Assembly (NCBI RefSeq): GCF_001194135.2
Contig: NC_068981.1
Span: forward strand, 98,145,080 to 98,209,079
Length of the DNA: 64,000 nt
Reading direction: 5' to 3'
DNA from: Octopus bimaculoides
Taxonomy: Eukaryota
How positions within the stretch are numbered: position 1 is the first letter of the stretch; each line of letters begins with the position of its first letter. Under the pieces are notes generated by a model. That model was not told the origin of the DNA. It saw only the letters and a list, made by a program, of their open reading frames with translations, and did not search any database. Position numbers and translations under genes: made by a program. Of this stretch, positions 1 through 13,767 are shown one piece after another.

Positions 1-1139
1 GCAATAGGGAGTGTAAAGAGATATAAGATCCTACCTCAATATCAATTCTTATCCGAGTCATGCTAACATAGGAGACTGGACATTAAACAAACAAACAGTA
101 GGTAGATAGGAGGTTCTTTGCATGCATGTTTCTAGGCACAGGAATGGCTGTTTGAATACAGTACATTTTCTTACCACGTGGTCTCAAGTTCTATCTAACT
201 ATGTGGAACTTTGAGAAGTGTCTTCTACTGTCACTTTGGGCCAACCACTGCTTTGAGAATGAAAGGGGCAGATAGAAACTGTATAGAAGTTGTGTGAGCA
301 TATGTGTGCATACATGTGTATATATGTATGTATATATAAATGTATGTATTTTAGGGTCAGTGTGAATGTTTATATCCTGCATCCTTGCATGTGTTGACCA
401 AAAAAACCAAAAAAAAATGACAGCATATTGCTGACATCCCTTGCTAACAATTTAACCAGTAACTCTGCAATTTCAAAGAAAAATGGAATACAAAAAAAGG
501 CCATTACTTGAAAAACAATACATATTCATCCAACTGCTCCAGTGCATGGCATCTTGGGCAAATGTCTTTTGTTATTGCTCCCAGTCAACCAATGCATTGT
601 GAGTGAATTTGATAGACAGAAACTGTGTAGAAACCTGTTGCATGTGCATGCATGCACGTGTATGTGTGTGTGTGCATAGAACCTTAAAGAACACCAGGCT
701 GGATAGACTGTGGGTCAGAGAGAGCTGCATAGTTCATGCTGCAATGATGTAATCTGACAGGAAGCTAATAAATCCTGAAGATGGGAGGCAAAGGGAGCTT
801 ACAGGCTGTGGTACTACATGTGAGGTATGATTGAAAGACTTGCTGTACTTTTATTTCTGGCAAACCAAGTGACTATACATCAGCACTTTCATAAGTTAAA
901 TATAATTATTGTTGATTAATTAGAAATGTGAAGGGCATTCAACAAAAATCATTCTAACCATGCTGATATATAAAGAAATAAATATAAAATAGTAAAATAA
1001 AATAGGATAAATGAAAAACCCTTTTATCACTTCATAATTACTACCAAAGGCAATGATAAATATTTGGGTATTTAAGTTATTAAATTAAACAATTAAATAA
1101 AGTGAACCTATAATAGCTGGAATTAACAACAGAGATTAT

Positions 1140-1142
<3 letters not shown>

Positions 1143-1227
<85 letters not shown>
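1143..1227. repeat. (AT)n-(GA)n compound microsatellite
   Basis: Direct reading. Confidence 0.98.
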
Positions 1228-1233
<6 letters not shown>

Positions 1234-2242
1234 AGGGAGGAAATTGATCCTATAAAATAATCTCTCCCTTTACAGACAGTACCAGAAGATAATGTGCTGT
1301 AAGTCTAGATTATTGCTAGAAACTGAAAGGTAATCATTTAAAGTTGAGAATAGCTGAAGAGTTAAAACCAACAACCTTTCACTGATAAATAAATTGGAAT
1401 TTCTATGGAGATCTAATGACAACACAAATATATTTGATTAAACCAATGGAACTAATCACGTAAATCTATGTACAATCAACTTTTGATAGCCAACCAATCA
1501 GCCAATAGAAATAGTTGAATAGTTTGCAAAGATCATGTATCTAGGACAAGTGGTTGGATTAGAAGGTAAAAGTTATGGAAGTGCATTAGCTGGAATACAA
1601 AGCAGCTACTAGAAACTTAACCTTATTTCTAAAATGCACTAAACTTTTTGGCACATGACAAGTCCAACTTAAATAGTTTTATATTTACATAAAGTTTAAT
1701 ATAAACATAACAAATGTAAGAATGATTTACTTAACCATCTTACAGTAGAAAATGCCATACCCACTAAAAATTTAATTGCTTTTAACTTTTGTTGAAGAAT
1801 GTCATATTTGAAACTATGTTTGTTGAGATGTATCAAGTTTATCAAGGCAATGTGACTTGTAGAAAATACCAATTCTATTTTTTTGGTAGATATTTAACAT
1901 CATTACTGGAATAACCATGAAATTAAATTTCACAGATTAAGGGTTATGTAGAATTTTGGAGCTGAATTTGAAGATAAATATTTTTATCCATTAAAGAAAA
2001 TTAAAACTGCAGTCATTTTTTTTTTTTATAATATAAAATTTTTTTTTTCATTACATTAAATTTAAAGAATGTAAACAAGACTTGTAGGCAAATAAGATTC
2101 TAAATAGTTTTAGAGATAATACTGGCTAACAAGGAATTTCTATTGAAGACAGTTCTGGATCATCTAAAAAGCAATTCTGATGCTAATTTCAAAACTCTCT
2201 TCAGTTTTTAAGAATTATGTATAGTTTTTCAGATGAGACTAC

Positions 2243-2632
2243 CTTTTACTTGTTTCAGTCAATGGACTATGGCCAAGCTGGGGCACCACTTTGAAAGGTT
2301 TTAGTTAAACAAATCAGTCACAGTACAAATGATCTTTTTTCTTAAGTCTTGTATTTATTCTATCAACCTCTTTTGCTAAATCACTAAGTTATAAGGATGT
2401 AGACAAACCAACACTGACTGTCAAACAGTGATGGGAGTCTGTATGACAAACAGACAGACAAATACGACAGGTTTTCACACAATTTCCATTTACCAACTTC
2501 ACTCACATGGCATTAGTTGGCCTGAGGTTATAGTAGGAGACACTTGCTCAAGGTGCCATGTAGGGGGATTGAATCTAAAACCACATAGTTGAAAAGCCAG
2601 CTTCTTAACCACACAGCAATGCTTGTGCCTAT
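2243..2632 (-). mobile_element. tRNA-derived SINE family A (about 400-550 bp); further copies at about 6545-6745(-), 7652-8005(-), 10607-11185(-), 12240-12460(-), 14335-14450(-), 23744-24172(-), 31930-32300(-), 53738-54160(-)
   Basis: Shared head tggctgtgtggtaagaag…ggttcagtccc (A/B-box-like), central (GT)n, tail …tgactgaaacaagtaaaaga. Confidence 0.9.
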
Positions 2633-3169
2633 CCTTTTTTTTTATAATTATATTTGTAATATTTTCTGTTTTCAGAATATTTGCTTAGATCTTTATCATT
2701 TATGTGCTCTACGAATGTAAAAACCATCCAGACCCTTTTTTTCGCTTTACACATCATCTACTACACTGGGTCTTATGAAAATATGCCAGGTATACTTTGG
2801 TTGTTGTATAGGTGACCATGGTAAACAACAGACACCACATTAAATTAGCTCTGCTTGTTCAAGTGGACTGCATGATTGGTTGTACAAAGAAGTAAACAAT
2901 GTGTTTTACCATACCCATAATATAGGGCAAAAACAAAGAAATGATTATACTGATTGCTATTTTGGTAGTTTTAATATTATCAGGCTGTCTACAAAGTGCA
3001 AACACAAGATTGTCACGCTAAACCTGTTTTCAGCACATAAACCTGTGTACCATAATGAAGCAATGCTATTCCCTTTCCCCCAACACCCACTTACTCCATC
3101 TCCTCTATGTCCATTCCCTCTACTCCCAATCCTCGTTTTCTTTCCCCTCAATGTCCATTCCCTTTCTCT

Positions 3170-4410
3170 AAGATGATGAAACAGTCAGGAACAAGGGAGT
3201 GACTGGTGAAGTGCTTGGACCTTCTACAGATCCTGAACACATACCTGAAGAAAATTTGGAGCTATGATTATTTCTTCAAGAACATTTGAACAATCTTAAC
3301 AGAGTCTTATCACTGTCAAAAGAGAAGACAGAGTTTCTAATCTCAAAACTAATTTACTTGACAAGAATGTGCAAGTTGAATCACAAACATAAATGAAAAA
3401 CCAATTTGGCAACATGCTTTATAATAGATGGTCCACTATGTTATTGTAATGACATCTTCGCAAACTTGTCTCAGATTCAGGTTGCACCTGACTAGTGCCT
3501 CTTCATTAGTTTGTTACAAAGAAGCTTGAAAGCATTTCTATTACCCAGTAAGAATGTAAAGCCATGCATTCCTACTGCCCATCCTGTCCACCAAAAAAGA
3601 CATAAAGTAACAGGAATACACAGCTTGATATCAATGAATATTGTATTCATCAATGGATTCTCTGTGAAAATATCAAAGTTATGGGGATGCTAATGGGTAT
3701 ACAAGTAGGAATTTCAAAATACTATTGCTTCATATACTTATGGATAATCAAGCTACGATATTGGTTCCAAATTTTGGTGCAGGGACAGCAATTTTAAAGG
3801 GGGGGGGGGGGTAAGTCAGTTATGTCAACCCCCAGTGTTCTACTGGTACTTATTTTATCAACCCCGAAGGGATAAAAGGCAAACTCAACCTCAGCAGAAT
3901 TTGAATTCAGAATGTGAAGATGGACAAAATGCTGCAAAACATTTTGCCAAGTGTGCTAACAATTCTGTCAGCTCATTACCTTATAATCATGCAACCATAT
4001 TACCATATCAAATGTGACTGGCCAATAAGGTTGATATATGTCCCAAGAATGAACAGTGACTTATCTATCCATTTACATGACCACAAGAACATACTTCTAC
4101 CACTTCTCCATTTGAAATTTAGTTTAATGAATTTATGTTGGATAGCAAATCAAGTAAATATTTTAAAAGATATCAAGTTTGAACTAACCCTCAATATACT
4201 GAAATTAAAAGATGAACCAGTCTTTAAATGGTTACGTGTAAGTTTTTTAGGAATTAATAAATACTCACTTCTGTATGCAGGGCATTCCCTGCATGCCGAA
4301 GTGGAGTTGAGATATTCCTTAATGCTAATAAAGAAATGGACAGACAGATGGTGTTTAAAATACATTTCCTCTAAATTTCTTTCTAGAAAGGTGCAGCTAT
4401 ATAATTAAGA
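3170..4410 (+). mobile_element. Chapaev3-like DNA transposase fossil, interrupted by a SINE at about 3760-3915
   Basis: Degenerate peptides in expected order: LSLSKEKTEFL, LCYCND, RSLKAFLLPSKNVKPCIPTAHPVH, HQWILCENIKVMGMLMGIQVGISKYYCFIYLWD, HIKCDWPIR, KNILLPLLHLKFSLM. Many stops and frameshifts. Confidence 0.7.
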
Positions 4411-6514
4411 GTGTATTTCTAACTTTATGGTTTCTGGTTCAATGCCATTGAGTGGCACCTTGGGCAAATGTCTTCTACTACAACCCCAGACCAACTAAAG
4501 CTTTGTGAGCAGATTTGGTAGATGAAGACTAAAAGAAGTTCATCATGTGTAAATGTGCATGGATATGGATGTGGATGAGTGTTTGTGTCTTCTTGTGTTG
4601 ACATAACACAATAGTTATAAGTAACCATCACTGTCATTCAAGCAGTGTCATTCATTTCAAATATTCCATGAAAAACATGTCCAGCCAGAGAGAAATATTA
4701 CCTTACTTAGAAACAGGTGAGGATTGGTGACAGGATGTGCATCCAGTCACAGAAAATCAGTCTTGATGAATTCCATCTAACCCATGCAAGCAAGGAAAAG
4801 TGGGCATAAAAGCAAAAGTGTAGGCCTTGGTATAGTAAACAATAAGCAAGGAGAAACTAAGAAGATATTTATGCAAAAGAAACATGATATTAGAGATTTA
4901 AGAATAATAAATAGATGCTGCAATGTAATAAGACACACAAAGTTTATGAGAGAAAATATATTTCGAACACTTTCAAAAGCTAGTATATTCTTGTGCATCA
5001 AATTAAATCAATGATATAAAAATTGGATAAAATTAATTATGCATGAAATAATCAAGTGTATTCAGTATTTCAGTTAGAGCAATAAACAAACTTTGTATAA
5101 AACGTTATTTAATAGATATAAGTATTGAGAAAAAACCTAAAAAGTAAAAAGAAAGCATTATTACACTAGCTAAGGTATAAAAAGAAACAAAAGACAAATT
5201 TGGAATAGCATCGAAAACACATTCAGAAAAGGCTAATTTTATTTCTAATGAAAAAAAAAGTCTATTTTGTTGACCAGTGTAATTTATAGATATCATATGA
5301 TTGTATTATACTAAGAACAAACTGAAAGCAATAACAATGGTTACTGAACAGCTTCTATTGCAGAAATTAGATAGATTCAAAATGCAGCTATCTCCAATAA
5401 ACATTTTATATTTCTGTCAAATAGCTTATATAACCAATCCATTCAAGCATTCTTTAACAGATAAGTTTATAGATTCCCATTATATCATCATTACAGAAAT
5501 ATTTTATTTGGGAATATAGAATTTTTAAAGCATAATTTTTGACAAAGTGCTGAAAGTGTGTGGAAGATGTATTTACAAGCTGAACATGCCGAGATGAATA
5601 ATGAACAACAATAATATGTTGACAAATTCAGATATTGCTGTTTGAATCAGAAATTGAAATGTATTTGTGTGGCAAATAGACATGAGGAAAGATAAAATTT
5701 ACCTTTTTATTTTTTTTTCCCCCCATCTCTTTTCAAGAAATAGAAAATATTTTGAAACATTGGCCTATGAACAATTTAAGATAATGTTGGAATATCTTTG
5801 AAACAAAGAAACATCAAGCTATGAAAAATATGCAATGGAAAGAGATTATCCAGTTAACTTATCTTCATAAAACAATAAGACATTAATCCCTTTATATGTT
5901 TGATGGCTTAAGTCTCATAGCAGAATCTATCACAAGAGTTTCATCAAAATCTCTAAAACTAGATGCACAGCCCAGAGCTTAAAGACCTCTTTAACTTCAA
6001 CAAGATCAAAGTATTCAAAAGAAGAAATAAAATCCTGATATTATTTGGGAATTAACCATGTTGAATTTCCTGAAAAGAAGTACGTAGACATTTAGGAACA
6101 GACACAAACTCCAACTAAAAACATTTGTCTCCCCTTACACACACTTCCTGTTTTGACACCACATTTCCTGCTTAACACAAACTTTTAACCCTTTTTTTAA
6201 ACCTAACAAAACTCTCAACTCTCATGCATCCTTATTTTTCCTACCATTATATACATGAACTACTATTGAACTTCAAAAGCTCAAAGACAATATAATGTAT
6301 GGGTATATTTATTTTTTTATATATTATTTTCTTCATTTTGTACTTCTTTGTAAAAAACATTTTCATTCTCCTTCTTCTTGATAATTTGCTTTCACAATGA
6401 AAACCGGTTAGAAATCTTTATTAAAATATGCTTCCAGTTTAGCATTCTGCCTTTTTTTTTCATTTTCCTATTATTTCTCCATGTGCGGTTAACACAACCC
6501 CACTATTTACTGAC

Positions 6515-6548
<34 letters not shown>

Positions 6549-7339
6549 TCAATGGGCTCCTTTCAGTTTCCGTCTACCAAATCTACTCACACAAGGCTTT
6601 GATCAACCTGAGGCTATAGTAGAAGACGCAGAAGGTATCATGTAGTGGGACTGAACTTAGAACCATGTGGTTGGGAAGCAAGCTTCTAACCACACAGTCA
6701 TGTCTCCACCTGCACAGCTATGCCTGCACAGCCACACTTGCACCTATTTTCGTGAACTGTACAAATGACTAGTTAGATATTGTTGGTAATTCCTGTCACC
6801 GTGATTTAGTTAGTTACAAGAGATAATTGTAGTGAAAACATTATTGATAGTGGGATGACAGAAGCTTGTAGAGCTCTGGAACTTTGTTGGCAAAAAAAAG
6901 TTACCCTCTTCATTAAAAAACTAGACTGAAACTGCACAACATGATAATGAGAAACGAATATCAAAGCTTTGCAGAAACGGGGGGAGGAAGGTGTGTGTGT
7001 GTGTATGAGTATGTGATGTGTTGTGTGGCATGGCTAAGTGGTTAGAGCATTGGGCTCACTGTCATGAGGTAGTGAGTTCGATTCGTTGACCAGGATGCGT
7101 GTTGTGTTCTTGAACAAGTCACTTTATTTCATCTTGCCCCAGTTCACTCATCTGTAGAAATGAGTTGCAATGTCACTAGTGCCAAGCTGTATTGGCCTTT
7201 GTTTTTCCTTTGGATAACATCGGTGGCATAAAAGGGGGTTAGCTGGTATGTATGGGTGACTGCTGGTCTTCCATAACCGAAGGGGGTCTTTTACTAAGCT
7301 GATTGAGTGCCAAGGCATTAAAGCATCATTCAAGATGTG

Positions 7340-7560
7340 CAAGAGAGATGACAGTATTAGTGCTGACATAAAGAAAATATAGGCTGAATGTGATACAATA
7401 GTGAAGAACGGTACTCATGGGAGACCAAAGAAGATGTAAAAAGACATGGTAAATTTGGATCTTGAGATACTGGACATACAGAAGAGACAAAAGACTGAGA
7501 TAAGTGGCAATACTATATAAGTTCCATAAAAGCATGAAACAATAGCTTAAAATGATAACA
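7340..7560 (+). mobile_element. Old RTE 3' remnant
   Basis: Degenerate GTHGRPKKM*KDMVNLDLEIL followed by a (gat)-rich tail. Confidence 0.5.
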
Positions 7561-8447
7561 ATGATGAAGATGATAATGAGGATTCACCCTTCATTGCTGT
7601 TTTTTTAACGAACTATACTATCTTCAATTAATTTTGAAAATAATCTGTTATCTTTTACTTGTTTCAGTCATTGAACTGTGGCCATGCTGGGGCATTGCAC
7701 TGAAGGGCTTTAATCAGATTGATCCCAATACTTATTTTTAAAACTTGTACTTATTCTATTGGTCTTTTTTCACCAAATTGAAAAGTTACAGGGATATAAA
7801 CAAACCAACATCAGTTGTTGAGAAATGAGGTGAGGGCAAGCAAACAGACATGCAAAGATACACACATACGCATACATGTATTTCACTCCCAAGACATTAC
7901 TTATTCTGGGGCCATAGTAGAAAGTACTTGCTCTAGGTGCCATGTAGTGCGAGTGAACCCAAAACTACATGGTTGCAAAGTGAGCTTCTTAACTACACAG
8001 TCATGAAGGCATGAAATACTGAAGAATTTACCTAAATAACTTTGACATTATTAAGGTGGTATTTGTAAAAACATGAAATTCTCATGGAAGCTTTTGATTT
8101 AGGTCACTTTAAAATAGAATGTTCATATCATAAAACCAGGGGTGATCTCAAGTGAGATAGTATCAAAAAGGGTTAAAAGTCAAATTCAAAAGAGGACAAT
8201 TAGATTACTGATAAACAATGGTGGCAGTTCATGTTTTTTGATGTTTTGAAACTATTCCAAGCAGTTAACATGAAGAAATGAATAAGCTGTTCCAACCATT
8301 AACTATTTTCAAATGCAATTACCTAGAAATTAACAATCGATTCAGCAGTCACATACAAAAGGAAATGGTTAATATATTGCAATTACAGCATGGATTTCAT
8401 CCAAATAAAAGATTATCTAAATTTAAAGTGTAATTCAATGTACTTAC

Positions 8448-8507
8448 GTGATAGCTCCTGGCTCCGCCATTTGCTCATCTGTAGCTCCCATGCCTGTCAC
8501 TCTCTAC
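8448..8507 (-). CDS. Probable exon of an unidentified host gene; ATG at 8491 gives MGATDEQMAEPGAI(T) (phase 2), and an alternative ATG at 8478 gives MSKWRSQELS (phase 1)
   Basis: Minus strand reads ttgttttgtatttcttgtag|60 nt|gtaagta: strong acceptor, consensus donor, 33/60 GC in AT-rich non-repeat flanks. All three frames from the first AG hit a stop, so it is probably a start-codon or 5'UTR exon. No protein family recognised. Confidence 0.55.
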
Positions 8508-8984
8508 CTACAAGAAATACAAAACAAATTAACATTCCAGAAAAATAGTATTCATTTTTTTCTTTTTCTTTGTAACATTTATTTCTGTCATATTAGTGTA
8601 GGTTTATATAACATGAATATTTTGAGTAATGTGTGAGGATAAATCACAGATACTACAAATGCATAGCAACATCATCTAACTAAACACATTCTGAAATTTA
8701 GTGCTACACCCTGAAAACATTGACTTAGAGAAACTATTGGATATCATTTGCACACAGCCTATGTGATGATGAATGATAAAATCAACTAACTGGAAAACCT
8801 TTGAACAAAAATTGCATATTGTCAGCTTTTGCATGCTGCCTTCTGTTTTATTTACATTAAAAAATGCATGTGCATGCGTGCGTGCACACATACACACACA
8901 CACAGAGTATTTTTATCTTAAGTCAGGGAATACATTATCAATCATTGAATTTTGACATTTGGAAACCATTTGTGATATTTATAC

Positions 8985-9057
8985 CTATATGATATACTTT
9001 TGTAATTCTAATGCCCCTAATCTTTGACCGGGAAGTACTTTCACAAGTTTTCCAGTC
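8985..9057 (-). other. Candidate 73-nt exon between the two exons above
   Basis: Acceptor tctcttttcaatttttag| and donor tag|gtataa; unique sequence. Confidence 0.3.
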
Positions 9058-9400
9058 CTAAAAATTGAAAAGAGACTTTTGAGCAGTCTACCAGAAGATA
9101 AGCATTTCATAATATCCCCAAATGTTAATCTGTGAAAACAGAGAAACTCCTTTATGTAGACAGCTGTGTGTATGTATACATACATGCATGTATGCATTTA
9201 TATATCAGATCAGTATAACTTACAAACTTTTAAAAATATTATTCATCAGTCACTTTTATATACCTACAATGTAACACAAAAAAAAAATAATTTTAAACTA
9301 AAACCCCAATAAAGCACAATAACAGTATGGTTAAGATGTTACTGTTCAACAAAGATTATTCATCTGTTAAAACAAATTGCTCTCAAAAATAAGCAAATAC

Positions 9401-9641
9401 CTGAATTTGGAGAGAAAGTGTTGGGGTGGAAATCCATTCCAGCCAGAGTTGCATTGAAAAATAGACATGAAGCAGTAAAGAAAGTCAAGTTACATTGAAA
9501 GTGTATCACCTCCAGCAAATAGTACAACTTCATGTTACTACAATGAACTGACTTTCAACTTATGACCTATAATAAATAATAGTTACAAACGTTACTGCAA
9601 TGATCTGACTTCCAGATGGTGCAGAAGACAAATACATTTTT
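9401..9641 (-). other. Candidate exon (5'UTR/uORF or alternative first coding exon)
   Basis: Acceptor cctatttttttctctctcag| and donor cag|gtattt. ATG at 9533 is open for 44 codons (MKLYYLLEVIHFQCNLTFFTASCLFFNATLAGMDFHPNTFSPNS) to the donor. Confidence 0.4.
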
Positions 9642-9897
9642 CTGAGAGAGAAAAAAATAGGAAAGGAAAAATCCTTTAAAAAAATGTCTCTATTTGGTGT
9701 AATAAAAATGTTGCAACTATGTGAAAGTAAAGCTATTTTTGTTATTCCTTTACAAGAAAGATTCTAATTAAAAAAAGAAAAAGAAACTACAGAACATAAA
9801 ACAGACAAAAAACCAAACAAACTACAATACACTACTTCTCTCAGACATGGTAAATTAATTATGCAAAGAAATTGGGTCACAACTAGAATATAAAAAA

Positions 9898-9900
<3 letters not shown>

Positions 9901-9980
<80 letters not shown>

Positions 9981-10066
9981 NNNNNNNNNNNNNNNNNNNN
10001 NNNNNNNNNNNNNNNNNNNNNNNNNNNNNNNNNNNNNNNNNNNNNNNNNNNNNNNNNNNNNNNNNN

Positions 10067-10115
<49 letters not shown>
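9901..10115. repeat. (GA)n microsatellite spanning a gap; (AT)n(GA)n also at 10873-10990
   Basis: Direct reading. Confidence 0.98.
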
Positions 10116-10119
<4 letters not shown>

Positions 10120-10869
10120 GAAAGGAGGAAAAGAAAAACATGTTATGTGAGCTCAATGACCGAGGATTACTACTGACCAAAAGTCATGAGGTTAAACTAA
10201 TATTAGTCTGGAGCAAATAGTTATAAAACTATTCAGTGTCAACTTTCATTTAAAGGTTAGCTAGTTATTCCAACAAATCTATAAGGAATGTAAAGAAACT
10301 TCACTGGAGGCAAATTACTGTAAGATGCATACAAATTGCCCAAAATATACTTATTTATAAGTACTTAATACTGTCTTATTTATAAGCAGTTTATATTGTT
10401 TTGCTTTCTGTTTTATGCATAAAGGACTGAAGCATATGGAATTATTGTTTCTTTCTTTCTACCATAAAGGCTGTGGCATGGTGTAGTTAGTTACAGAGAG
10501 TCTAGAAATAACATGAGAACTCCACATGTTTGTAACTCACCCATTTCTTTGGAATGTATATATATACAAAATATGAACAATACAATCAAAGCAAGGATTA
10601 TCTTTATCTTTTACTTGTTTCAGTCATTAGACTGCAGCCATGCTGGACCACCACCATGAAAAAATTTAAGTCAAATGAATCAACCCCAGTACTTATTTCC
10701 TGTTAAGCTTGGTACTTACTCTATTGAATACTTTTGCTGAACTGTTAAGTTATGGGGGCATAAACACACTAACACCAGTTGCCAAGCAGTGGTAGGACAC
10801 ACAACACACACACACACACACACAAACACATACATACACCTTTAGCATTTAAAAAGGCCACATCCAATT

Positions 10870-10991
<122 letters not shown>

Positions 10992-11877
10992 CATGGCGGG
11001 CTTTTAGTTTCCATCTGCCAAATTCACTCACAAGGCTTTGGTTGGCTCAAGGCTACAGTAGAAAACATTTGCCCAAGGTGCCAAAAAGTGGGACTGAATC
11101 TGGGATCATGTAGTTGGGAAGCAAGCTTCTTACCACACAGCCATGTCTACACCTCCACACAGCCATGTCTGCACCTCCACACAGCCACGATAGAAAATTG
11201 CCACAACATCCTATGATTTGAAATGTTTATCAAAGGGGCATCTCCTTTCCTATACCCAACAAAATTTTTCTGGGACTATAGGAACAGCTTTTGTTTACAT
11301 AAATAAAACAAAGAAACTTTAAAAAAAAAATTTTAAAAACGATACAATGGATATGTATAAATATAGATATACTAGGAGAGATACCCAGCTTTGCCCTTGT
11401 CACAGAGAATTGAAGAATTAGACTTTTCTTTCATATTTTCTCTAATGAACTGGAATACCTATGATTCAAATTTCATCAAAATTGCAGATTAAGAATTTTA
11501 ATGAGGGTTCTTTCCCTCTTTATACACCCTAACAAAATTTCTAATCATGACATATTTATCCCATACTACTGTCTTTATGTCCAGATTCCAAAATCCAAAT
11601 CTTATGAAACCTGTTAAAAGGTTTTTGCTCCTGAAAAATGGAGCACATGGAGCTCTAAAATGTGGGAGTTAAGGCCCCTATTAGGGGGGGGGGTCTTAAA
11701 GTCAACCAGAGGAGTTGAATTGTTGGTAATCTTTTTCAACTTGGGTCTTATATCTATTGTTTAAATGTCTTTGAAATCAGAAATATATGAATGTTCACTG
11801 GGTTTGCAAAGCTACAGGAAACCAAAAGACGAATGATCACAATAAGCAGTCAACTACCCTACCCTAGTCGTTACCAC

Positions 11878-12292
11878 TCCCCAAACTTACTGGTTTGACA
11901 AGAAGAGACTGATAGAATAGTACCAGGCATATCAAAAATGCACAGGGTTCGATTCATTCCACAAAAAAATTCTTCAAAGCAGTGTCTCATATTTTTGTTT
12001 GTCCACTCAATTGTGTCTATCAGTCTATCTGATAGACACTCAATATATATATACATATATATACATATATATATATATTGAGTGTCTATATATATACATG
12101 CATACATATATATACATATATATATATATTGAGTGTCTATCAGATAGACTGATAGACAAAATTGAGTGGACAAACAAAAATATGAGACACTGCTTTGAAG
12201 AATTTTTTGTGGAATGAATCGAACCCTGTGCATTTTTGATATGCCTGGTACTATTCTATCAGTCTCTTCTTGTCAAACCAGTAAGTTATGGG
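11878..12292. repeat. Near-perfect inverted duplication, about 170-bp arms
   Basis: 11878-12050 versus 12120-12292 reverse complement; one substitution and two 1-bp indels seen. Confidence 0.93.
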
Positions 12293-12459
12293 GATGTAAA
12301 TAAACCAACAGCAGTTGCCAAGCAGTGATGAGGGACAAACACAGACACACACATACACTTACATATATACGAATGATTTTTTTCAGCTTCTGTCTATGAA
12401 ATCTACTCACATGACTATAGCAGAAGACATGCCAAGTTACCATACAGCCACACCTGCAC

Positions 12460-12638
12460 TTGTGTGTGTGTGTGTGTGTGTGTGTATGTACATGTATGTG
12501 TGTATGTACGTGTGTGTGTGTATGTATGTATGTAAGTGCATATATGTGTGTATATATATGTATAAATATATGTATGTATATATGTGTACATATTACATAT
12601 ACATCTATATATATATATATACATGCATACATATATTT

Positions 12639-12683
<45 letters not shown>

Positions 12684-12711
12684 TAAACATATAATTCTAT
12701 ATATATGTACA

Positions 12712-12751
<40 letters not shown>
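12460..12751. repeat. Mixed (GT)/(AT) low-complexity tract running into a 920-N gap
   Basis: Direct reading. Confidence 0.97.
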
Positions 12752-13767
12752 NNNNNNNNNNNNNNNNNNNNNNNNNNNNNNNNNNNNNNNNNNNNNNNNN
12801 NNNNNNNNNNNNNNNNNNNNNNNNNNNNNNNNNNNNNNNNNNNNNNNNNNNNNNNNNNNNNNNNNNNNNNNNNNNNNNNNNNNNNNNNNNNNNNNNNNNN
12901 NNNNNNNNNNNNNNNNNNNNNNNNNNNNNNNNNNNNNNNNNNNNNNNNNNNNNNNNNNNNNNNNNNNNNNNNNNNNNNNNNNNNNNNNNNNNNNNNNNNN
13001 NNNNNNNNNNNNNNNNNNNNNNNNNNNNNNNNNNNNNNNNNNNNNNNNNNNNNNNNNNNNNNNNNNNNNNNNNNNNNNNNNNNNNNNNNNNNNNNNNNNN
13101 NNNNNNNNNNNNNNNNNNNNNNNNNNNNNNNNNNNNNNNNNNNNNNNNNNNNNNNNNNNNNNNNNNNNNNNNNNNNNNNNNNNNNNNNNNNNNNNNNNNN
13201 NNNNNNNNNNNNNNNNNNNNNNNNNNNNNNNNNNNNNNNNNNNNNNNNNNNNNNNNNNNNNNNNNNNNNNNNNNNNNNNNNNNNNNNNNNNNNNNNNNNN
13301 NNNNNNNNNNNNNNNNNNNNNNNNNNNNNNNNNNNNNNNNNNNNNNNNNNNNNNNNNNNNNNNNNNNNNNNNNNNNNNNNNNNNNNNNNNNNNNNNNNNN
13401 NNNNNNNNNNNNNNNNNNNNNNNNNNNNNNNNNNNNNNNNNNNNNNNNNNNNNNNNNNNNNNNNNNNNNNNNNNNNNNNNNNNNNNNNNNNNNNNNNNNN
13501 NNNNNNNNNNNNNNNNNNNNNNNNNNNNNNNNNNNNNNNNNNNNNNNNNNNNNNNNNNNNNNNNNNNNNNNNNNNNNNNNNNNNNNNNNNNNNNNNNNNN
13601 NNNNNNNNNNNNNNNNNNNNNNNNNNNNNNNNNNNNNNNNNNNNNNNNNNNNNNNNNNNNNNNNNNNNNNNNGGGGGGGGGGGTCCCACAAACACAAAGA
13701 CACACATACACATAAATATATACATATATATATATTTAAATTAATAATAATATACATATGTATATAA

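Noticed and set aside
1276-1298. Plus-strand 23-nt microexon candidate; similar 56-nt candidate near 33211-33268
   Set aside because: Splice-like motifs occur by chance at this frequency, and no coherent plus-strand gene model emerges.
3914-4408. 164-aa ORF as a host gene
   Set aside because: Chimera of SINE sequence and frameshifted Chapaev-like fossil.
8448-8507. In-frame TGA read as selenocysteine or rescued by A-to-I editing
   Set aside because: No SECIS or selenoprotein similarity is visible, a 5' G neighbour disfavours ADAR, and a 5'UTR explanation is simpler.
12273-13767. Long ORFs in the supplied track (up to 494 aa)
   Set aside because: Composed of N-gap and dinucleotide repeats; same for ORFs across the other gaps.
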